Shown here in pieces: positions 1 to 7,815 of a stretch of 33,245 nt of DNA. The stretch comes from Craspedostauros australis (taxonomy: Eukaryota): assembly GCA_030167865.1 (NCBI GenBank), contig JALAGF010000480.1, forward strand, positions 62,001-95,245, read 5' to 3'. The notes below the pieces were generated by a model. The model did not search any database and was not told the DNA's origin. It was given only the letters and a program-made list of their open reading frames with translations. Every line of letters begins with the position of its first letter. Position 1 is the stretch's first letter. Both the position numbers and the translations under genes were made by a program.

Positions 1-133
1 AGATGGATCCGGTTGTTCTGGATTGTCGTCGTGAACCTCGTTGCAAACGCGGCGCTGTCTGTTGCAAGACGTACGCGTCTGCACATTGCAGCAGCATGCC
101 GACGGCAAGCACAGGAACGACACTCATCGCCAT
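1..133 (-). CDS. 5' end of a probable plastid-targeted or secreted protein, truncated by the window edge
   Basis: Hand translation from ATG at 133 gives MAMSVVPVLAVGMLLQCADA|YVLQQTAPRLQRGSRRQSRTTGSI, open to the edge. It has a hydrophobic signal peptide, an AxA cleavage site with aromatic Tyr at +1 (ASAFAP-type), then an R/S/T-rich transit-like stretch. Confidence 0.5.
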   Translation of the reverse strand, partial: MAMSVVPVLAVGMLLQCADAYVLQQTAPRLQRGSRRQSRTTGSI

Positions 134-1344
134 CGTAGGCGTGGTGTCCGTGTGGTTGTCGTGAGTGACGTTTTCGAGGTTTCGAATGTCGATGGTCTGT
201 GTGTTGATGCCTGTGCTTGTGTGTTGATTGTACAATAGTGTAATTGGTGCCAAAAGAGTCTTCCTGCCTCTCTATTTCTCTCCCTTTCTCTGTTCGCACC
301 TCGTATGGATGGAAGGTATCAGTATTGCGTCGGATCTGGCGCCGTCAGCTACGACTATTGATGTGATGGATGTTCGCGATGGTGATGGGTGACACAAAAC
401 GGAGAGATTTTGCAGAAGCTGTTTGATGCGTCTTGTGTTCGATTTTGCGTGGTCGTGGCGCGCACCAGACCAATCAATCCAATTTAGTCAGATTGGTCGA
501 CTACTTAATATTGTGGATATTGCATATTTTGCCGTGAATCCCATGATTTTCGTTCAGCGCCCTTCTTCGTTCCTCTTGGTTCTCACACGCGACGGTGGTG
601 TTGCCGCCGACACGATTGGGTCTCAAGAGAAGGCTACCACGGAGCGAGGGACTCGATCGATACCTTCTACCGAGCACGAGAGGAGATGGGAGCCCGCGAC
701 GGACCTGACAAAAGAAGCAGCATCGATTCCACAGAAACGGCGATCACCATCACGCGAATGGCACACAGAGAGTGCGATCACAACAACAACTCCCAAATCG
801 CGAGAGGCGCTGCCACGACATTGATGCAGGCAACAGAAACAGAATCCAGACATATTATAGATCTTGCTCGTACTCGTGCTCGTCCTCGTAGTCGAAGTCG
901 TGCCACACATAGAGATAGTGGTATCATATAATACTCCCCAATACTGGTAACATCACAAGCATCGACAGAGGCATCAGACCTTGTTCCGTTTCCACCACAT
1001 AATCGTAACCGCCAAAGATTGAACGATTGGCGTCTGCTCTGGAGACGCACAACAACAGCAGCATTGACATCACGGATCTTTCCGACACCAACATCTCACA
1101 AGCAACAAAGCGGCCAGATCCATCCGTCAGGACACGCAGCTGCAGAGGAGCTGCCATCGCAACCAGACGCTCGCTCTCCGTAGTCGGATTTCCCCCGCTC
1201 TGCCGAACCACCTTGGTCGCAGTCGAGGTTTTGTGAAATCCATCTCTGTCGTTTCCCATCCAGCAAGCAAGCGGATATCTCAAGTGTATTATTCTACATT
1301 TTACACATAATACACAGAATACATACCCCCAGAAGTACCGCAAT

Positions 1345-2097
1345 ATGGACGAAGGTGCTGGCCAGCGACGGCATCTGTGGCACGAGATTGCCATGAATGA
1401 CGATCTCGACCACATCCTGCGCCATGTGGAGACGTGGCCAAACGAGGCAGAATACGTCCACCTGATGGAGGGCAGCACGCCCTTGGTCAAGCTCCTCCAG
1501 GCTCGCGACCTCACCAATCACGAGCACCTGCTCAAGCAGCTCATCCAAGCTTCTCCCGGTGCATTGATGAAGCCAACCGAGAGAGGAGGCAGGCTTCCGT
1601 TGCAGGTGGCGTGCGACTGCCAAACCTCGGCGGATATCATCAGGATGGTGCTATTCGGATTCCCCCAAGCCATGCTTCCCAGCCAATTTCAGCATTCGGA
1701 TCCATTCGAGGCTCTCTGCCTGGCCCATCGACGACGGTCCGAGTATCGCGAAGGCGATGAACAACAGTTCCGGCGCAGCGTCGATGTCTTCCTCAGAGCG
1801 ATCGAAATATTTTCCCAAGACGGCGTCACGGAACGACCTCTGATTCTGCACCCCATCGCATGCATGGGATACACGTGTCCGCCAGATGTGGTCGAGACTC
1901 TCGTGCTCAGATTCCCCCAGGATCTCACCACCTTGAATGACGACAATGAACGCCCTTTGGACATTGCGAGACAGATCTCCCGCACCATGATCGCGGGCTC
2001 CGAGCAAACGAGAGTCTTTGAAAGGGCGACGCCTCAGGAGGAGGTCGATGATCTGGCTCAGGGTTTTGAGCATATCACGATGGCGGATGATATGTGA
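1345..2097 (+). CDS. Hypothetical protein with degenerate ankyrin-like repeats (250 aa); an upstream exon cannot be excluded
   Basis: Repeated motifs GGRLPLQVACDCQTSADIIRMVLFGFPQA, PLILHPIACMGYTCPPDVVETLVLRFPQ and NERPLDIA resemble the LPLHxAC...(I/V)xxLLxxxP ankyrin-like repeats common in diatoms. A possible in-frame acceptor AG lies at 1331-1332. Confidence 0.7.
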   Translation: MDEGAGQRRHLWHEIAMNDDLDHILRHVETWPNEAEYVHLMEGSTPLVKLLQARDLTNHEHLLKQLIQASPGALMKPTERGGRLPLQVACDCQTSADIIRMVLFGFPQAMLPSQFQHSDPFEALCLAHRRRSEYREGDEQQFRRSVDVFLRAIEIFSQDGVTERPLILHPIACMGYTCPPDVVETLVLRFPQDLTTLNDDNERPLDIARQISRTMIAGSEQTRVFERATPQEEVDDLAQGFEHITMADDM

Positions 2098-2791
2098 TGG
2101 AATAGAATGGAATGCAATCTCATTTCCACTCTCACATCACACAATTCTACATCACGCTCATCATCAACATCTCTCGCCTTCTCGCAACACAATCGCTTGC
2201 TCACGCGAAGCCCGCTCCTCGTCATTCGCAGTTATACAAAGCATGACGGTTTGCGACAACGCAACGTCCGTTCCATCATTCATCCAAACATACAGGGCGC
2301 CGACCTCAGCCACTGCTTCCTTTACGGTCGCTCCGGACGCAACCTTCTCGGAAACTCCAGCACCTGTATCTCATGGGCGCATGGATGCGAAACCGCGCGT
2401 CCTATCAAAGGTCAGCCATCTCCCTTGCAGCGCATCAAGCAGAGAAGAAAGGCAAGAGCTTGAACGCCAGCCAACCGTCTCACCTTTCACTCTGAAGGTG
2501 CCGTGGCATACTCCGTCATCTTCTCAATTCGCGCGAGAACAGGTCGATGAATGCCGCAGCGATGCAGCTCGACCCGTCCTCTCGTGTGTCTGCTGCGCTC
2601 CTGAAAAGGCACACCAACGTCGACCAACGAACAGGAAAGGTGGACGTTGCTGCACCAAAGCAGCGAGCATCGCGCATGTTCAAGAGCCCGCACCTCCAGT
2701 GGCCAGCCTCGCCATTGCGTTGCAGCACAGGAAGACGCACTATACAGAAACAAGTCAAGAATAGGTTCGAAGAAACGCTGCCTACTCGACT

Positions 2792-4570
2792 CTACGAGCT
2801 TGGCTCCGGCGTTCCTTTGTGCGTTTCGACTTCCACATCCTCGCCAATGCGACGCGTCGCCGTCCCGCGTTCCAATGGCTCTGGCTGAGACGAATGCGGG
2901 CTCCAGCCGATGGCGTAGATGATCTGCACGGACGCCTCGACTCCCGCCTCTTCCTCCTCGGATTTCGACTGAAACAGATCGTCGTAGATGCAGGCAGCCG
3001 ACAGGAAGGTGTCCTTCCCCGTGAACGGTCGCCGGTTCAAGGACGCGTTGCCTTCTCCCATGCGTTGCAAGTGCTCCATCAGCACAGCCGCGTTGGGGTA
3101 TCCGATCTTGATCGTGTCAATATCGATGGTCGGCAACGAAAACCCAGCCCCTTGCATCAAGCCACCGACGTCCGATAACTCCACGAACGGCCCTACGTGA
3201 GGACCGACCCCACCATCTCGTTCCAATTCGGCGAGGACCATCGAGATGCGCAGATCGGGCAACGTCTCGCCACCGATCATGCAGAACATGAAGCAGCCGT
3301 CTGGTTTGAGGACTCGCTATTGGGCATGAAGCAAATTGAGATGCAGACAGGTCATCATCAGCATGGACCTCAACACGAATGTGAGCATGCACGTGAAGAT
3401 TCGATTGCATCTGCATCTGCCTGCAACCTTATATGAAAATAACGAAGCATATGCTACATTGACATGCGTCCAGTCCAGTGTGGTGCACAGCAACATACGA
3501 CACAAGTAAACTACACACCGCATACTACTAATGTACAGTCTCAACCACTGCAGCGCGCGGCAATAGCGTATGTACTCACCATGACCTCCTTGAACAAGCC
3601 GGGCAGATCGTTGATCCAATGCAACGCCTGCGAACTAATGACGAGATCGAAGGTCCCGTCTGGAAATGGCAAAGTGCCTTCTTCATCGGCGTTGAGTCGG
3701 TAGGTATCGCAGCGCTCGGCGCCTTCCACCTTGACATCCTGATCACGCAAGAGCATGACCTCGCTGGAATCAAGCTGCACGAGTTTACGGACACCGCCAA
3801 TGCCGCCTTCGCCTTCGAATGCATCGTCGGAACAGATGGCTTTATGAATGAAACCAGCGCCGGAACCTGTAACATATAATGTTGGCGGCGGTGGGAGGAT
3901 GGAGAGCATTGCATCGTATGGCAACATGTCTGTAAGATCGCATGCCTTAATTCTGCTCTCATTGCTTGTTGACCAGCGTCGCATAACTTCACATTCGCCG
4001 TCATCGATTGTAACATATAATAAAGCAAAGTCGGAGATACATCTACACATATCAGCATGCCCCGCATGTTCAGTACAACCACTCACCAATATCCAACGCC
4101 AAAGGAAAGCCTTCGGCACGCTTGATGTCATCCAACCGATCCGCCAGCCGGTATGCCATTTCATTGCGGATATAGTCGTAGTCCACGACATCATCATTAT
4201 CATCATCGCGCTTCCATGCCTGATGCGCTCGCGCTGCGTTGTCACGTTGCTTGATCTTGAGATCGCGATCGAATGCGCTCGACGTGCTTTGCTGATCGGA
4301 AAGGTTGCGAGTCTGCGTCCGAAGGTGAGGCGAGTTGTGGTGTTGGTGAAAGCCACCAACCCGTGCAGTTGATGCAATGCATCGCGTGGTTGCGCATCTA
4401 TTCGTCGGGGAGGAGAGGATTGTCGTCTGTGACGCTGGTGTCACCGTCGATGTTGTTGCGACTGACGATGCTCCCGCAATCGTCGTCGTCTGGGATGGAA
4501 AGGAACGATGGGCCGCGCTGATGGATCGTTGGCCGATCGCCATCGTCCGTCTCTGACATGTCGCAAGCAT
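2792..4570 (-). CDS. NDUFAF5: NDUFAF5-like mitochondrial SAM-methyltransferase-fold arginine hydroxylase (complex I assembly factor); exons 4570-4087, 3866-3580, 3316-2792; 431 aa
   Basis: The spliced product contains FDRDLKIKQRDNAA, YDYIRNEMAYRLADRLDDIKR, ALDIG|SGAG (SAM motif I across intron 1), DEEGTLPFPDGTFDLVISSQALHWINDLPG, RVLKPDG, GGETLPDLR, ERDGGVGPHVGP and LQRMGEGNA. Donors are GTGAGT, acceptors are AG, and the exons total 1296 nt in frame. The N-terminus is R/S/T-rich like a mitochondrial presequence. Confidence 0.92.
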
Positions 4571-5236
4571 CTTCGCTCAAGCTCTCTGGTTGCAAGTGGT
4601 CAATGGTGTGATATAATATAATTGTGTAGCAGTCTGTCTGTTGCTTCCATTCCTTCCACTTGTGCAATCCTTTCTTGTGTGACGATGGCTGATCAGTGCG
4701 CCAACAGCTGTGCTTCGCCATCATCATCAATTCCAACACAACACAACGCAGAACCGAAGAAAGATCGCGCCACCACTTTCTTGATCTTTTTTGTCGTGTT
4801 CAAGGAGCCTTTCAACGAATGTAGAGAAACGGTGCCCAATGACACCAAAGGGCGCATGGCGGCCTCCTCTTCACCGCTCCCTATGGTACACCACACCTGC
4901 GCCATTGCACAGCACGCAAGCGCATCCTTCTATCAGTATCCATGCTTCTATGAGTATGGCAGAGCACTATCATCAACAACATCAATCTACGTCAAGTACA
5001 AACAATCGCCACGCGCTCTGTTGGGAAAGACCAACCATTAGAATTGTTGGGACCAGCATGAACACTGAAGCATGATGAAGAGTACAACTACATGCTGTAC
5101 TTGCACAAGTACCTGCGCATGTCACTCCACTCTCTTCAGAACACTCTATTATAGAGAGGATGCCACCAGATCCAATCGCGCGCACACCTTGAATGCGCTT
5201 CATTCTTGGACACCTTCCGACCATACCGAGACGGAA

Positions 5237-6145
5237 TCAATTGATCGCGAATATCGTGGACGTGACTGTCTCCGTCGTGGTCGACGTGACTGCCACATCG
5301 TTGGCCGCCGCCGCGGAAACGGGATCCTCTCCCACAATCCCGCTGGCCAGGATCGACACTTCCACCTTGGGCGCGTTCTTGGGCGGCTGCACTTCGACCT
5401 TCTCGATCTTCCGGACGAAATCGTATCCTTCCTCCACGATACCGAACGCCGCGTACCGATCGTCGGCCCATCCCGCATCGGCGACGCAGCTGATGAAGAA
5501 TCGGGAATCCACGGCGCCGCCGGGTCCGCGCACCATGCTGACGATGCCCTGCTGCGTGTGCTTGATGTTGTAGTTGTCGGGTTCGAAGGGCTTGCCATTG
5601 AAGGCCTTGCCCGTCTTGCCGCTGGCATCGCCGATGGCCCCGCCCTGGATGGAGTAGTCGGCCAGAACGCGGTAGAACGTCGTGCCGCCGTAGGCGTTGG
5701 ATTTGCACAGCTCGACGAAGTTGTTGCAAACGCGCGGCACGACGTCGCCGTAGAGGCCGATCACGATCCTGCCGGTCTCCTTGCCACCTATTCTGACATC
5801 GAGGTAGACGCGCTGCGTGATCTTGGGCGCGTCGATGGCCGGGTCGATATAGGCGGCGTGGGCAGGTGCTGTGGTGGACATCAGCGCCAACGAGGATGCC
5901 ATCGCGGTTTGCAGAAACGATCGTCGGTCGGCGGCGTCCGCCGATGCATCGCGGATGCAAGGCTCCTGTCCTGCTGTCTCCTCCTGCGCAAAGAGAGCTG
6001 TTGCCGATCCCAACGATCTCGATTGGATGCTACGAGTATTGGGAGTAGAGAACGCTGATGTGACATCCACCGATGCCATCAGCACCATCAGTGACGCGAT
6101 TGCCACCAGGATGGCGCCCCTCCTCACAGAACTTGACTGATACAT
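5237..6145 (-). CDS. Cyclophilin-type peptidyl-prolyl isomerase, predicted thylakoid lumen (302 aa from ATG 6145)
   Basis: Cyclophilin core: ITQRVYLDVRIGG..GRIVIGLYGDVVPRVCNNFVELC..YGGTTFYRV..IQGG..SRFFI..YAAFGIVEEG. The leader has a signal peptide ending TSA|FST, a transit peptide, and a twin-arginine DRRSFLQ...AHA segment. The ORF is open further upstream to 6472, but 6145 places the signal peptide at the N-terminus. Confidence 0.9.
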   Translation of the reverse strand: MYQSSSVRRGAILVAIASLMVLMASVDVTSAFSTPNTRSIQSRSLGSATALFAQEETAGQEPCIRDASADAADRRSFLQTAMASSLALMSTTAPAHAAYIDPAIDAPKITQRVYLDVRIGGKETGRIVIGLYGDVVPRVCNNFVELCKSNAYGGTTFYRVLADYSIQGGAIGDASGKTGKAFNGKPFEPDNYNIKHTQQGIVSMVRGPGGAVDSRFFISCVADAGWADDRYAAFGIVEEGYDFVRKIEKVEVQPPKNAPKVEVSILASGIVGEDPVSAAAANDVAVTSTTTETVTSTIFAIN

Positions 6146-6470
6146 GGTGAATAGTGCCACGTTCGGTTGATTTGGCTGAGTGTCTGTGCGAAGTTGCTTG
6201 TCTCCCGTTGGTGTACGAGTGTGGTGGAGTGGATGCTGCGCTCGCAGCGGCGCCATTGCCATCACCATGGTCACGTTCCTCCCTCCTTTCTGCACATCTG
6301 GCACGGTTGAAGTTTGCGTTTGTTGATTTGACACCGACGGTCGAAGCGCAGACAGGCAAGTGGTGGAGTATCCACGATTCCGAAGATCCACGCTCCAACC
6401 ATCTCCCATCACATTAACATCTTGTGCGGCTACTCTGCGGCTACTCGCAGTGTAGAACACCACCCATCGC

Positions 6471-7703
6471 ATGGAATGGAAAGTGCAATGGCAACACAGA
6501 ACATTAGGGGCAACATTGAAGATGGTGACAATGAATCAAGCATGTAGGAAGAGAGGAACCAGTCGAATGTGCGTCATCGTGGGTTGCGTCGCGCTCTGCT
6601 CATTGTTGTTGGGATTGGTGACAGACAGCGAAGCGTGGACTCCACGGCCAGCAATAGTTCATGAGCACAGAGCGCATCCATCATCGCGGGCGTGTACTTC
6701 TGGCCATGTTGCGGGTGCTCACATTCATCACCGCATTCATCACGCCGAGCACAAACACAAGCTGAGACTGCCTGTATCACAGTCCACGACATCGACGTAC
6801 TCATCCACGGACGACTCCAATGAAGACGACCCCGCCACGACCTTCAAAGGCACGGTCGAGATCGTGGATCGTGGCCAGCACCACGTCGTCGTGAACAAGC
6901 CACCATCGACCGTCTGTCACCACAGCGCATGGAGCGGGTCGCGATCCAAGAATCGCGCCGAAATCGAGTTCCCCATGCTGCAGCGCACGCGCGAGGCCGT
7001 CGGCGAACGCGTCAATCTCGTGCATCGGTTGGATCGCGGTGCCAGCGGCTGTCTCTTGTGTGCGCTGTCCAAGAGCGACGCCGATGGCAACAACGCCACG
7101 GCCACCTTCCAGGAAGCCATGGTGCATGCCACCAAGACGTACATCGCGCTGGTGCGGGGTGAAGGGATCTTGCATGGTCGCAACTTCCAGACCGAAGGTT
7201 GGTTTGAGATCACGCGGCCCATCAAGGATGAGAATGGCGTGCTCAACAATGCCACGACTTCGTTTCGGTTCATCGCGGGGCAGGACAATGGCAACGGTGC
7301 GATCGATCGTCCGCGCGCCAGTCTCGTGTTGGCCCGACCCAAGACGGGACGGTGGCATCAGATTCGGCGGCATCTGAACGGTTTGTCGCATCCCATCATT
7401 GGAGACTCGTCACATGGCAACTCCAAGCTCAATCGGGAGTGGAGGCGGCGATGGGGGTTGCAGCCGGAGCGCACGTGCCTGCATCTGCTGCAATTGGAAC
7501 TTCCTGATACGCCGTACGCCGAAGATGGTCTTCACGTGCAGGCGACGTTAGCGCCGGACATGATACAGATATTGGAAGACCATCTGCCGAAGCTTCTGGA
7601 AGATGCCGCCCCCATCTTACGAGAAGAAGGGCTCACGCTGGAGCCCGAACTCAAACCATCGCATTCCGTCGTCAACATCACGCTTCATGCTGCGACATTG
7701 TGA
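6471..7703 (+). CDS. truC: RluA-family pseudouridine synthase, TruC-like (tRNA Psi65), with a putative plastid-targeting leader; the true start may be a downstream ATG (e.g. 6567)
   Basis: Motifs VVVNKP, HRLDRGASG (catalytic Asp), KTYIALVRG and PKTGRWHQIRRHLNGLSHPIIGDSSHG. The last closely matches the bacterial TruC pattern PKTGRxHQLRRHLxHLxHPIIGDSxHG. N-terminal hydrophobic stretch with SEA|WTP. The gene symbol is tentative. Confidence 0.85.
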   Translation: MEWKVQWQHRTLGATLKMVTMNQACRKRGTSRMCVIVGCVALCSLLLGLVTDSEAWTPRPAIVHEHRAHPSSRACTSGHVAGAHIHHRIHHAEHKHKLRLPVSQSTTSTYSSTDDSNEDDPATTFKGTVEIVDRGQHHVVVNKPPSTVCHHSAWSGSRSKNRAEIEFPMLQRTREAVGERVNLVHRLDRGASGCLLCALSKSDADGNNATATFQEAMVHATKTYIALVRGEGILHGRNFQTEGWFEITRPIKDENGVLNNATTSFRFIAGQDNGNGAIDRPRASLVLARPKTGRWHQIRRHLNGLSHPIIGDSSHGNSKLNREWRRRWGLQPERTCLHLLQLELPDTPYAEDGLHVQATLAPDMIQILEDHLPKLLEDAAPILREEGLTLEPELKPSHSVVNITLHAATL

Positions 7704-7815
7704 CGCGTTCTGTTGTGATGTAAGGCAAGTGCTATCTTCGAGTACAGCAAGTACTCAAGCGCAACGTGTGTACACTATGTCTAATAGGACGTACACATAA
7801 ATCCCTCGTCTAATC

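Noticed and set aside
3541-4377. 278-aa ORF reading through NDUFAF5 intron 1
   Set aside because: Only the exon 2 part is NDUFAF5-like. The intron is 220 nt, so retention from exon 1 hits a stop at 4072-4070.
5097-5112. Inverted repeat gtacttg-ca-caagtac downstream of the cyclophilin
   Set aside because: A 7-bp stem is expected by chance in 33 kb, and intrinsic terminators do not apply to a eukaryotic nuclear locus.
5072-6058. 328-aa + strand ORF and alternate-frame ORFs over the cyclophilin
   Set aside because: GC-rich antisense or frame shadows. The cyclophilin frame explains the region.
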